Shown here: positions 1 to 14,689 of the stretch, piece by piece
Layout of the letters: every line of letters begins with the position of its first letter
Position numbering within the stretch: the stretch's first letter is position 1
From: the human T2T-CHM13v2.0 reference genome, Homo sapiens
Length of the DNA stretch: 64,000 nt
Direction: 5' to 3' (one strand)
Assembly: GCF_009914755.1 (NCBI RefSeq)
Contig: NC_060927.1
The notes under the pieces: model-generated
Told to the model about the DNA's origin: nothing
The model's input: only the letters and a program-made list of their open reading frames with translations
Database searches by the model: none
Made by a program: the position numbers and the translations under genes

Positions 1-32
1 ATCCACTCTCCGCAATTGCACTTGCCTCCACA

Positions 33-55
33 ACACACACACACACACACACACA
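33..55. repeat. (AC)n microsatellite, ~11 units
   Basis: Perfect dinucleotide run seen directly. Confidence 0.95.
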
Positions 56-499
56 GCCATCCTTAGCCAATGACTGATAGAAGTGGGAACACAAAAGCCC
101 AGCTCTTTTGTCTCAAGCCAGGGCAAACTGAAATATTACTCTTTCTTGGTGTGTTCTCTTATTCTGTCCTACTCCCCCAACACCCTTTCCATTTCTCCTG
201 GGAGCTCTTCCTTAATAGGCCCTATGTACACATTCCTCCTTTCAGGGCTTGCCTCGGGGAACTCATGCAAACCCCAATGACTAGAAGGAATTTAGTTGCC
301 TGGAGACCAGGGATGTTAAAAGACTTCCAATGCAAAGTACATCCTATAAAACAAAGAATCATCCTACCCAAAATGGCCATAGCACCCTGACCAAGAAATT
401 CATGGGCAGGGGAAGTGGGGGAGGGAAAGGGGAGGGGAGTGAAGAATGTTCAGTTAAGACCAAAACAAAATAAGTCCAAAGTTTGATTTGGTTAAGGAG

Positions 500-760
500 G
501 AGTCAGTTGATGATATTGACAGGGAGTGGCCAGAGCGAAAGAGGGAGAAACCAGGAAAGTGGGATGAATAGAAACCTAAAGTACATGTTTCAAAAAAGAA
601 GAAGGTGTCAACAGTATGTGATGCCACTGAGATCACATAAGCAAGAACAGAGAACTGGCTACTGGGTTTGCTCACTGGAAGTCATTGGTGCCCTTGACAA
701 ATGGAACTGCTGAGAAGCAGGGAGAGTGAAGTCAGATGAAAGTGGGTTCTACCCAGGTTT
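500..760 (-). mobile_element. L2 LINE fragment
   Basis: Purine-rich stretch resembling L2 reverse complement (ggaagtcattggtgcccttgacaa); boundaries approximate. Confidence 0.5.
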
Positions 761-1332
761 CAGAAGGCAAAATAAAGTGGGTTGAAGATTGAAAGGATAT
801 AAAGGTAGAAGAGACAACTCATGTGTCTGCCCTTGGATAGGTGCAGAATAATGGGAGAGTGATTGGAAAGGAATGTGGGATAGAGAAAAATTTTAAAGAA
901 CATGTTTATATAATGATAAAAAATAATCCAGTATTGAAAGAGCAATAGATGGTGCGTGAAAGAGAGGAGAGAACAAGGAGAACATAACTTGAGCTGGCAA
1001 AAAGAATTGAGATCTAGATCTCTGAAAAATTAGTTACCCTTCCCAAGGACCTAGTGTTTAATATCATAACGCCTCCCCAGCATCCCACTTCTGATCTTTC
1101 TGTAGGGGAAAGAAAATGCATCAATTTTTCATGAAGACCCACCCTCCCCAAACAACAGATTGAAAGACTTCCTGCTAAAACCACACACAAAAACCATAAT
1201 AATAACACACACACGTCCGCATATATTCAGTTTTCAAGCCCTATGTGGTCTTGAATAATAGGGCCAGCTGGGGAGTTCAACTTTGATTTTTACAAAGCAA
1301 ACTTTGCTCCTATGGCCTTCTGCGGCCTCTAC

Positions 1333-1794
1333 GGTGGTACACTACTCAAATATTTCAAGAGAGAACCTGCTGCAAGGAAAGTAGTTAGCGGACCACCTTC
1401 AGCTGCTGCATCTTTGGGATCCATCCCAGTGTTCTCTCTGAGGCCACCCTCTTCCCAGGCTACTCCCGGCCAATGACTGAGATCAGCAGGGCTACTGGAG
1501 CTGGGAGATTCCTGCCCAACACAAGACTCCTCTAACTGGCAATCTTTGCACCAAAGCTCCCCATCAGGCTGGTCTAGACTTTCTCCAAACTGCATTGCAG
1601 TTTGAGGTTCTTCCACAAATCCTCCCAACTGCCTCCTCTCCTTTCACAGTGTCCAAACCTGTGGCATGGTCTAACTAGTTCTAACTATTTCTGTGACCTC
1701 TTCCCTTATATTTCACAGATATTTTCTACAACAAACCTCTTGTACTTCTAATTCTGTCTTGGTGTCTGCTTCCTGGAGGACAAAAACTGACACA
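1333..1794 (+). mobile_element. LTR16-family (ERVL) solo LTR
   Basis: 3' end tcttggtgtctgcttcctggaggacaaaaactgacaca and internal ccaatgactgag match recalled LTR16 consensus. Confidence 0.75.
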
Positions 1795-2182
1795 AATCCC
1801 TTTTCCTTTGGAGATCCAAAGTGTGTCCCAAAACTGAGATCTTGTTAGCTTGCCAGCTTCAGTCTTGACTTTACATATATGGCATTTTTCAGCCAAAGAC
1901 TTGGCATCTGTAGAAATATTAAATCAAATTTTTATACTTTCAAGTAGATGATTAATAAATTGTTATTATTGATAGCTATGCTAGTTTTATAAATGATTGC
2001 TATAACCTCCAAAAGATCTGGCACCAATTCATATCTCTCTATCCCTATTGAATAAGCACAGTTCAATAGATTGTTTTTCTTGTTTGCTCTTTTCCAACAA
2101 AGAAATCACAGTGCACTGTTGTCAAATAAATAGACTAGAATAATGTCATGATACAAATAGAGCAAATACCACTCAGGCCCTC

Positions 2183-2672
2183 TGTATCAATAGAGTTCTT
2201 GATTACAAGCTGTAGCTAACTGAAGCAATAGGGAATTTAATTTATCAACATCATATAGGGTGGAGGAAAGAGGACTGACAGAATCAACAAAAGACTGGGG
2301 CACTAGGCTTGGGAATGGATAGAAAGGACCTGGGGGCTCTTAGAGTAGAGAAGCAGGAAATAACTCCGCAATCATTTCATGGAATCCTGAGCAGACTGCC
2401 ACTGCTGCAGCAAGACACCTGCAACCACCTCTGATATTCACATTAGTGTGTTCAACTCGTTGGGTTCAAGTCAAAGAGATGCCATCTGCGCACACCAGGG
2501 GAAGAGAGAAAAGAGATCCAGGAAGATCACCTTACATGGTAGGGGAACAGGTGCTTCCCCCACCAAGGCTATGAGCAAAGGGGAAAAGAAAATCCTTCAA
2601 AGGAAATAAAGGAGTTTATGAAGGTGCTGAATGCTGGGAAAATTGAAATTACAAAGACAAATCTCACCACAC
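2183..2672 (-). mobile_element. Old MLT1-type (MaLR) LTR
   Basis: Begins tgtatcaatagagttcttgattacaagc, like the MLT1J-N terminus; heavily diverged. Confidence 0.45.
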
Positions 2673-2751
2673 ATTTCTAGATCTGAAACCAGTCCTTTTC
2701 CATCATTCAAAAACCATGGAATGGAAAGTTTGTTCAAAGAAAATCTTAGAG

Positions 2752-2929
2752 CAGTGGTTCCCAACCTTGGCTGATGGAAGAATCACCTGGAAAGCCTTTA
2801 TGAATCCTAACACTCAGGCCAAAACCCAAATCAATTGAAGAAGAATTTGGGGGGTGGGACCCAGGCATCAGCACCTTTTAAAGCTCCCCCAGATGATTCT
2901 AATGTGCTGCCAAAGTTGAGAACAACTGT
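2752..2929. mobile_element. MER5A-type hAT-Charlie MITE
   Basis: TIR-like ends cagtggttcccaac ... gttgagaacaactg; internal gaatcacctgg and gatgattctaatgtgc. Confidence 0.85.
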
Positions 2930-3074
2930 ATTAGTAGAAAACCCAATACATAAAACAGATAAAACAGAGCTATTCCAGTGGGTAGGGAGGTTGGCACCTC
3001 TCTGATCCCCTTTGGTCCCCAAGACATCTCCAAGGAATCATTTTATACCAGCACTTAAGATATATTATTATTAT

Positions 3075-4025
3075 ACATTCATTGACTCCTCCATTTTTCT
3101 CATACTCCAAATCCAATCTGTCAGTTTGACTGAAGCTTCAAAAGATAATCAGAAACTGAGCACCTCTCGCCAACTCTCTTGCTGCCACTCTGGTCCAAAC
3201 CCCCAACATATCTTGTTTGGATTAGTGCAACAGCTTCCTAATGGGTCTCTCTGCTTCCATCCTGCCCAGCTGCATGCTTTTCCCAACATAGCACCAGGAG
3301 TAATTCTTACATAACATAAATCAGATCCTGTTCCTCCTCTGCTCAAAACCCTGGGATGGCTCTCATTTCATTCAGCTTAAAGGCCAAAACCCTCCATGCT
3401 CTACACCAGAGGTCAGCAAGCTTTTTTCAGTAAATATATCAGGCCGTCTAGTCCATAAGGTCTCCGTCACAACTATTCAACTCTGCAGTTATAGCCAGAA
3501 AGCAGTCATAGATGATATGTAACTGCAGCTGTGCTTCAATAGGACTTAATGTACAGAAACAGGCCAAGGGACAGGATGCTGTCCGCGGGCTGTATTTGCC
3601 AACCCCTGCTGGGATCAGACCCCATCACAGTTCCAGATCGATGTCCTCCTGCCCTACTCCTTTCTCTCTCCTTTGCAATCACACAGGCCTCCCTGGAGTT
3701 CAAGTTCCGGGCATACTCCAGGCACTCTCATGCCTGAGGTAGTGTGTTCTATGCTCCCTCTGCCCACGATGCTTCTCTCTTCTAGCCCCTTACCTCCAAG
3801 TCTGTATTCAAATCTTCCCTTCTTAGTCAGGCCCAGCATGGCCACCCTAGTTCAGACAGTGCACTGCCTCCCACTCTACCCCCATGGTATCCTAAGTTCC
3901 CTTACCCTTTCCTTCTTCAATTTTATTTTTTTCCATAGCACCTTTAACTTTTAAACATATATATAATTTACTTATTTATTAAGCTGCCTGCTGTCTGTCT
4001 AAAATGTAAACTCCACAGGGGCAGC
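3075..4025 (+). mobile_element. L2 LINE 3' region, interrupted by MER58A
   Basis: L2 motifs (aaatcagatcctgttcctcctctgctcaaaacc; aatgtaaactccacagggg) on both sides of the MER58A. Confidence 0.7.
3407..3608. mobile_element. MER58A hAT-Charlie MITE
   Basis: TIRs cagaggtcagcaag ... tttgccaacccctg; body matches recalled MER58A. Confidence 0.85.
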
Positions 4026-4419
4026 ATACCAGGGTTCAGAGCAGCAGAACCACTATGAAAGATACAGAATAAAGGATTTATCATCATGCAATTTGGGGAG
4101 AAGGTGGGACAAGCTATGCGGGCTGTTGCCTCTGAAGGTCCTCTGTCACTGATCCTTCATTGTGGATGACTGAACTGGGGTTGGGCATGTCAAGCCTTCC
4201 CTTGCTTCCTGCCCTGCCTTCCCACAGCCTGCAGCCCTAGCTCTTGTCACACTTTGCTCCATGTCCTCAGCTGTGAGCCAGCTCTACTCTTTCCCACACT
4301 GAGTCTGGAAACAGTCTGAGCAGAGTCCTGGACTCCCCAGTTACCTATGAGAGGAAGGCAAATATAGATGAGGAAATCAGGCCCAAGAAGAGGCATAATA
4401 TACCATAAATACACAATCT

Positions 4420-4670
4420 GCCAGGTTAGGCAGCCCAAGTTTGAAATGCAACTGAGACACCTACTAAAAGTGTGGCCTTGGGCAAGGGCCTTAATGCCTC
4501 TTAAAGTTTCTATTTCTCAACTATAAATAAGGTATAATGATAATACTTCTCTCTCTTGATGGCTTTTTGCAAATATTAAATGAGATGGGTATAAGTTAAA
4601 TGCTAAGCATAATGCTTGAGACCTGGTAAGCTGTCATAAATATTAACTATCATTATTACTATTATTATTA
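4420..4670 (+). mobile_element. MIR SINE
   Basis: Core gtgtggccttgggcaag ... attaaatgaga ... and (tat)n-like tail. Confidence 0.75.
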
Positions 4671-5528
4671 AGGTCAAAGAACGAGTAAGTGATAGAGCTA
4701 GGAATTGAATCCTTCTCTATCTCATTTCATTTCTCATAGCACATAATTATAGAAAATTAGTATATGGTGATAGACAGAAATGGTCACTAGCTTGTGACTA
4801 AATATAGACAGGTTTGATTATGAGCTTACTATAGGGATGAGAAAAATATTACTTGCCCTAGGTAAGTAATACTCAGCAGTTTCTATTATTTTATTAGTCT
4901 TCTCTGACAGAAAGCTCTAAAGGAAATCGCTTTAATAGCTTTATGTGTGAGGTGAAACACATCTTATTGGTCTTTGTTGTTTTAAGCAAATACACATTAT
5001 TAAATCCAATGGCTTTCTTTGTGGACTCACAATAGCACACTGCTAAAAGTGTTCTGGGTGGAAATTTTCTCTCTTGCAGGGAAGTTCTAAAATTATTGTA
5101 CAAAGTTATCTGTGCATTAACATGTGCAATTTTGCAGTGACTTCCTGGAAAGCTGGGTATGAAGTAAGGGGCAGTTGTCCTTGGGATGACTCGCAATGTT
5201 AGGGCTACTTTAGGAACTTCCCTACAGTAGTAATATCCCATGAGAGTACATGGTCCCAAGAAAGGCTTTCAAAGCAGCCCACAATATATGTGTCAAGTCC
5301 ATCAGGTAATTAATCATGTGTGTTCCAGTGGAACTGTATTAGCACTTCCAGTTTTTCTCAATAACATATCTGCAGTAGGTTTTTAATCTTATTTGATGGA
5401 CAAATTGGCCAGAGTGTTTATTGTGGGCCTCCATCTTTGTGAATGTTGACAGATTATCTTTTGATAGTTTCCAGCAGACACTACAGGAGAGGAGATGTGT
5501 TCTTGCTCAGAGGATAAACTTAACTTAC

Positions 5529-5618
5529 ACTTCGCAAAATTTTAAGACATATTTCCAGGTTTTCTGGCAAAGAGGTAAACTCTGGGGGCAGCTAGAGCTC
5601 TGAAAGGATCTGGATCAT
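5529..5618 (-). pseudogene. Candidate exon (90 nt) of a decayed gene or lncRNA
   Basis: Acceptor ttttttctttttattaaatag and donor gtaagt; phase-0 frame MIQILSEL*LPPEFTSLPENLEICLKILRS has one TAG. Confidence 0.3.
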
Positions 5619-5819
5619 CTATTTAATAAAAAGAAAAAAATCACAGCTATGGTTCCTCAGCATTCACATTCACCAGTGGGGGTTTGCATTTCATTGTTTC
5701 AAGGTTCAGCCAAGTGTGATTTTATTCTGCTCATCCTGACAATGACCCTAAAAAGACATAAAATCCATAGCAAATTGAACATTAGGCAAACAAACCTAAT
5801 CTAGATGAGAGAATAACTA

Positions 5820-6020
5820 CTCTGGGCCAAAGACTGCGATAAACACTTCACATTCATGAGCTCATAAGATTCTCATTACAACCCTGTCATGTGGGTGCTA
5901 CGATTAAGCCTATTTAAAGATGAGAAAACTAATACTCAAAAGGATTAACTATCTTCCTCAAGGCCAAATTGCAAGCAAGATGAGGAGAAGGACGTTAATA
6001 GACTCCCTGACTCTAGAACC
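5820..6020 (-). mobile_element. MIR SINE
   Basis: Reverse-complement MIR core (aaccctgtcatgtgggtgctac ... agatgagaaaact ... tcaaggcc). Confidence 0.7.
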
Positions 6021-6349
6021 CCAGCACCCAGCCATAATTGCCCTCCTTTTTTCTGATTCCGGAACCTGCCAAAACAAATACCACATTAGGGTCTCTGCCA
6101 ACTCGTTGCCTCAGCAGCGAACACGCTTCTCACAGAAGACTTCTTGTTGTCATTCACAGCTCAGTGTAAATTTGTTCTACTTGGGGAGGGTTTCTTTGTC
6201 ACCTGTCACCTAGTGTGCTCGGTTTGTCTCAAGCAAGGGACAAGAAAGCTGCAGTGGATATCCCTCATCTCCTGTCCCTCACTGGCTGAGTACTGCGCCT
6301 GTGGGCTCTCTAGCTGCTGCTCTCTGCACAAACAGAAGCTGTGGCCTGC

Positions 6350-6905
6350 ACAGTAAGGGCGAGGGTCCCCGCAGCAGGCCTTCAAGATTGGTTAGTCTGG
6401 AGGTTCACTAACGTCCTCCGAAACCAGACAATTTCCTTCTTTACATTCAGCCATCCACAGTGTCAGATTTCCTCTCAAGAGTATTTGCCTCTTGGCCATA
6501 CGCCAGCTTCTAGGAACAACTGAGTCGGCTTGCTTCCTCCCTTCACATCTACTGAGATGGACTTTCTCTTCCTATTAAGAGCAGAAAACTCCCCACACAT
6601 TTCCAGAAAACTTCCCACACATTTCCAGAAAACTCCCCTCACGGCTGATTGGCTCAAATTGGATCATGGGTCCATTCCTGAACCAATCTCTGTTGACAGG
6701 AAAATACTTTGTGCTGATTGGGTTAGGCCAGATTCTTAAACCAATCACTGGCAAGGTGGATGGTGTTACTGGGTGATGTTAATCAGCGCCAAGCCTGGTG
6801 GCTGGGTCCCTCAGCCTTCCCTGAGACATATAGACGCTTGGGAAGTGATTTGTTTAGGGAGGAACGGGGAAAATGAATGCCAATAGGCCATCAAGGCCTC
6901 CACTG
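6350..6905 (-). mobile_element. MLT1K/L-type MaLR LTR with internal 22-bp tandem duplication
   Basis: gattggctcaaattggatcatgggtccattcctgaaccaatc motif typical of MLT1J-L; agaaaact(c/t)cccacacatttcc repeated at ~6583-6638. Confidence 0.65.
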
Positions 6906-7034
6906 CATTTAATAACTTCCAGTCTGTTTTAAGACTTTCCTAGGTCCTTGGCATTCTTATTTGCATAGACAAATAACTATACCTTCTCAGTACCCCCTAC
7001 CCTGACCCCAATCAAAAATCTCATATACTGGTTT

Positions 7035-7260
7035 AATAGCATCATAGCATTTATTTCCATCTGATATATACTTCTTTGATAGTTTATTCACTTAGTCTGT
7101 TTTCTCCACTAGGAAATAAGCTCCAAGAGAATAAGGATATTGTCTGCCTCATGTATCACTATAACCTTCACCCATAAAGTAATGTCTGGAATACAGTAGA
7201 TGGTAGATAAATATTTGCTGATTGAATGCATGAACTAAAAAAATTAATGACTCAATGAAT
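7035..7260 (+). mobile_element. L2 3' terminus
   Basis: taagctccaagag ... tacagtagatggtagataaatatttgctgattgaatg, the L2 3' end signature. Confidence 0.75.
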
Positions 7261-8764
7261 AATGACTTTTACTACATCAATCCAGGAGGTGAGGGAGGTA
7301 TTTGAGGCCACTGATGGGGGATCCTGTAGTCCCTGGCAGTGCTGGGTTAGAGTGAGAAACTGAGAGAGGGCTAAGATAAAAGAAATCCTGCTACCCAGGT
7401 CTCCTGGGTCCCAAGCTGCAGTTTGAGCAAAATACATCAAAACAGTCTCATTCCTGTTGGATATCCCTGGTGGGGTGTGACTGGAGTTATGGTGGGGACC
7501 CTCTTTGTGGGAGGAGGTAGCTATTTAAGAAGCTGAACAGACAAGCCAGGGTAACAATCCTGGGGCAGTGGGAACCCATATCCCAGAGTAGATGCAAAAG
7601 CCCCAGGAACATAGCCATATCCCAGTCACGTATGTCCTTAGACCACTTTCTCTCCTAAAGATGCTGGATTTCATGTAGGCCTAGAGGATATGCCACAGAA
7701 ATATCCTCAACAAATAATGCGGACTCCATTGGCCTAAACAGACTGAGCACTGCGGATGCACAGGACCTAATGGATTAATTACACTCAACACGCTAGCCGT
7801 TTCAGACACACTGGCCTCTCTGGACAGAATGATCACATTCAAAATATGAACCTATTGGGACATGTGAACTAGTGCTGATGCACCGACCACTCTAGGCATA
7901 CTGATGATTTCAACAGTACCAGCAGTCTCCAACTCTCTAAACAGGGGAGCATTAGAGGTGGAAACCTGTTTCGAAGTGGGGACTAGAGGAATTGTTGTGA
8001 AATGAAGTATGCGCACCATTGTTACACAGATGATATGTGACTCGGTTGTCAGATCTGCCACTATTACACTAATCACTCTGGAATTCTGACTGTTTCATGT
8101 ACACGTCAAGGCTGACTCAGGGCATACTTTCTGCTCAGTGTTATTACTCTGGGTACAATGCTTTACTTGTGTGGACTTTGATCCCCAAAACAGTGAGCCA
8201 TTGCTGGCCTCTTGCACACTCCCCCAGCCCAAGCATTTTCTAAGATATTACCTTCCAGATTAGAAGTAGAATAATCAGTGTCACAAGGTGGATAGGGAGC
8301 AGAAAACTCTCTGCCTTAAAAAGCAGTAGAAGAGTTACATAGAACAGTGATCAGTACAATCCTCACCTTCAAAGAGACAGATAAGTGGATGGGATGAAGC
8401 TTCTCCCTAACTTTCTAGTGGGCATGTGGAGGCTATTTCTGCTGGCACAGCTTGGATGAGCCATCTATTATATTTTTTAAGCAAATCCATTATATCTTCA
8501 AGATTCTGGCAATAGGTTGAATAACAGCCCCAGCTTTTAAAGCTAATTTTCTTTTCGCTTCTCAGGGATTGTGGAAGGCCTTTGGTATGGGTTACATGAA
8601 AATCTATTAGCCTTCCCAAACTGAACTGTTTGATGTAAGCACATGAATTCTAAAGCATTCGCATCGTTTAATTTTCAGAGGTATATTCTTTATATCTTCA
8701 GGGTCTTTGTCCTTTTCTTTAAACATGCCTCATATTTGGCTCTCTTTCTCCCGAGCCTTTCTTT

Positions 8765-8985
8765 TTGTTGTTGTTGTTAACTGAAGTATAACTTCAATAA
8801 AGTACAACCAGCTTAACAGTAAGGTTCAATGAATTTTAACATATGCATAACCACAACCTAGATCAAGATATAGAATCTCCTTTCACCAGAAAAGTCTCCT
8901 TTGTGTCCCTTCTTTGCTAATATACCCTCCCTCAAAGGTAATCATTACTTTAACTTCTAGCACCATAGATGAATTTTGGTCCTAA
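8765..8985 (-). mobile_element. Old L1M 3' fragment
   Basis: gttcaatgaatttt ... agatcaagatatagaa ... ttctagcaccatagat resembles L1MB/ME 3' UTR reverse complement. Confidence 0.6.
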
Positions 8986-9152
8986 TGCTCTTTCTTAAAT
9001 ATTTTTTCAGGATAAAGTGCCCCAGAGTTCAGAGCACTGAAATCTGCTCCCTTTGACTTATTTTCATACGAAGTTAAAAGAGAAGGCCCAATGGTGACAA
9101 AGAGAGATGGAACAGAGGAAGCTACAGGTGCTGGTGACTATCGTCATTTAGG

Positions 9153-9352
9153 GCTGTGGCTCTAACTGGGAGCTGTCTTGTTCCTCAAGAAGTATGTGGC
9201 AATTTCTAGAGACATTTTTGGTTGTCACAACTTGGGGAGAGGCTGGAGAGTACTACTATCATCTAGTGAGTAGAAACCAGGATGCTGCTCAATATCACCT
9301 CTAACAATTATTTAGTCCCAAGTATCAATAGTGTCAACGTTGAGAAATCCTG
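9153..9352. mobile_element. MER20 hAT-Charlie element
   Basis: gagacatttttggttgtcacaact ... caatagtgtcaacgttgagaaatcctg. Confidence 0.85.
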
Positions 9353-10170
9353 ATTAAGAAGATGGCTGCCTTTAAACAGGGGCTGACTTAAGATCCTGTT
9401 CTATTACTTTTGAGCCTCTTTATGAAATTAGATGTAAAAAGTGGGCAGGTGGTGTGTAGTCCAAGAATAGGATTCTCAGTGCATCTTCATCAATGATAGT
9501 TACTAAAAATTTCATCCAAAGTTTGACTGGCGGTCTTTCCATTAGTTTTCTCCTCTATTACCAGTTTGGGTCTCTTCTGTGCACGCTGGGAGAAAGGGTA
9601 TCACATACTGTTAGCCTGCTATCATAATTACCCATAAGTCCTTATGTGTAACTTTCATATTAAAAATGCAATGAAAATCAACATTATTATTTTAAATGAA
9701 ATGCTTTTGTGACTATGAAATAGTGAGTAATTTTGCCTGATGAGAATTCTAGGGGAGAAGAGGAAATTGAACAAACTGTATTCTTGACTGTCAACCTTAG
9801 CTTTTTATAAGAAAAGGCTGTGAGGAAGTTTCTTTTTTAACAGTATTTTATTGATCAGGTTCCCAGGGAAATTTGCTAGCACTGCAATGTAGGTCAGATG
9901 CACAATTTATAAGTAACCACTGATGCTTTTTCCCTCTAAAATAACAAATGCTGCAATCAAGGGCAATGCATTCTAATTCCCCCTCCTGGATTTTAATAGC
10001 ATCTCTCGAGTCTCATTTTCAATAAGGTATAAATTGTACAAGTAGATGAGAAGCACAGTTAGAAAGACAACCCTCATGGAACCAATGACGGTTTTGTTTT
10101 ATGTCCATTTAGTTTAATCAGACAACACAATTTTTACAGGAAAACATTCATATTCTTTTCCACTCACCCC

Positions 10171-10215
10171 ACAGCAAACTATATCTCAGCAAATTATATC
10201 ACAGCAAAGTATATC
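10171..10215. repeat. 15-bp tandem repeat x3
   Basis: acagcaaactatatc / tcagcaaattatatc / acagcaaagtatatc. Confidence 0.85.
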
Positions 10216-11369
10216 TCCTTTATCAGTCATTATTATGAAGTCAGGTATTTCATGTAAGTAAACTTTCCAGGTAAATGAATCTTACCCTTTTAAGGAGGAA
10301 AAATGTTACTCTTTTTTTTTAAGCATGAAATTTTCTCCTCCCTCTGCCAGTAAAATTTCTATTCATACTTTAAGACTCCTTCTCTTCCTTCATAAGAAGT
10401 TTCCGTTATCGATCTAATCAGAAAGAATCTCTTCCTACTAGAATTCCTGCTGTATTTTAATCATGTTTCCATTGCACCTATATCAAGGATCACTTCAAGA
10501 ATGTGTAAAGAAAATAAATGAGTTTGTGCCCTTAGAGAGAGAAACTATCAAACCAACACATGATGGGCAAAAAATGGAGACAGAGAAAGACATTTATTTT
10601 AAAAAGGATGAAATGAGTCAACATATTTAAAGCACTTGGAACTCTGCCTGGCATATCATAAGCCCTAAATAAACATTACTGTAACTATTGATTTTATTAT
10701 TGGAATTAAATAACGTGGATTGCTTCTAGAGAATAATGCTTGATTATAGTGGAAAATAATATGCCTATCAGATGGAGGATTTTCCATCACTGAAAATCCA
10801 GAAAAGAGAGAACGCTAGAGGAATATATTGGATGGATCCATCCCAACAGTGTCCAAGAGGAGTACATGAAAAGTGGACTGCCATGTGGATATTTAAAAAA
10901 ATAATAAAATAAAATAAAACTAGATTTGCTGGCATTCAAATATTAAATTAGCTTTTGGTGTGTATACATGGACAGAAGGCGAGACTGGATGGGCATGTCT
11001 GGACCCACGGGCATGTTTTATCTCCTGTACATTCATAAATTGGTTTTGTACTTTGGGCTCTGTGAGTTTATCTGTTCCCAAAAAGTGAATCCACTCAGTG
11101 TAGTGTAGTTGTATTTATTAGCTTGCTCATTTTGCTGGAAAGAAATTTATCATGACATCCCAGGAATAAGATAATACCTCTCCTCTTTGCCAAACACTAA
11201 AAGATATTACTTCTACAAGTTTAGCTGCTTTTAAGGTATTATGTTTATTGCCTTATATTACAACATTCTATTATAAACTCCATTGAGAGCAATAATCATT
11301 CATTCTTTCCATCTCCCATGGTTTTTAATATATGAAGAGTTAATGGATATTCTTAGTAAGCATGCTGAT

Positions 11370-13182
<1,813 letters not shown>

Positions 13183-13536
13183 TTCTATAGACTGAATGTC
13201 TGTGCCTCCCAAAATGTATATGTTGAAACCCTAACCCTCAAGGTGGTCGTATTAGAAGGTGGTACCTTTGGGAGATGATTAGGTCATGAGGGTGGAACCC
13301 TGATAAACGGAATCGTCAAAATATATAAGAGATTTTCGGAGACCTTCCTTGCTCCTTCAGCCATGTAGGGATGTACTGGGAAGAAGTCTAGGAACCAGGA
13401 AATGGGCCCTCCCTAGACACCGAATCCATTAGCAACTTGATCTTGGACTTCTCAGTCTCCAAAACAGAGAAGTAAACGTTTGTTGTTAAAGTCACACAAT
13501 CTAGGTATTTTTGTTATAGTAGCTAAAACTAAGACA
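13183..13536 (+). mobile_element. MLT1A-type MaLR solo LTR
   Basis: tatagactgaatgt ... tatgttgaaaccctaacc ... tttgttatagtagctaaaactaagaca. Confidence 0.85.
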
Positions 13537-14689
13537 CAACATCATTCATCCATTTGCCGTGCATTGTTCATGCATCCCTCTTATTCATGGGTTTACCACC
13601 AACTGTTGCCAGATCTGCCTATTAAAATATGATAGAGAAATAGACAGTCTTGAACACTGGTGGTAGGTGGTTTGACCACTTTGGAAAATGGTTTGGCCTT
13701 ATCTATCAAAGCTGAACACAGCATTCCTTGTGATCCAGCAATTTTGCTCCAGGTATATACCCAAAAGAAATGCATGCACTTGCTTACCAAAATGAAGCTA
13801 CAAAAGCATTCATAACAACATCACTTCTGTTTTGTTTTTATTACGTGAACATGGCAATTACTATAACTGTCATATGAGTTTGAGATAAGTGGGATAATGG
13901 ATATATTTATATTTAGAAACACTGATGGAGAATCTGTGAAACAAAATTCTTTACATGCTATGTGATTTAGCTAAATAAAATCATGACTAGAAATGAACCT
14001 AAATATTTAAACTTCAGCCCACTGAAAATAATACTGTGTACAGGACTACTGTCTCCCAACCTTACTATTGTGCTGTTTTATTAAAAGAGCTACACGCCAA
14101 CCAGCTCATAGTCTTTGCATAGCCCTTGGACCTAAGATTTTATTTCATTATGAGCTTAAGGATTACAGTGAGTTTTCCATTTAATAATTAGCTTCACTAA
14201 TGATTGAATTGTCATCTTAAATTACTGCTAACTGAACCTGAAATCCCCTTCATTAACTTTAAAAATATAAGGCCACAGCTAAATTGAATTAAAAATGTCA
14301 GCAGCTAAAATAACAAAGAAGAAAGATATTCACTCCGTGATTTTCAAACCTCCTATTCCACAGAAGATTATTTTAAAGACAGAGAATTTACTCCTTATGT
14401 TACATGTGCTGAAACAAAAATTTAGAGAACATCCTTAAAGACACTCTTAATCAAATCACAAATTGAGCACCAAGATAAAGAACCTATGAGCATAGAGAAA
14501 TTATTTCTCAATATTTAAAACAGTATGGTGTAAAGACATTTCTTACTTAAATAAACTAAAACTTCAAGCATATCACAAAAGCTAGTTTTATAAATTTATA
14601 AGTAATAGCAAAATAATTAAAATTACTTGAAGATGGCAACTTATCAAAATAAAATTATGATGTACATTGTTCTGGTTTTAAGACTTTGA

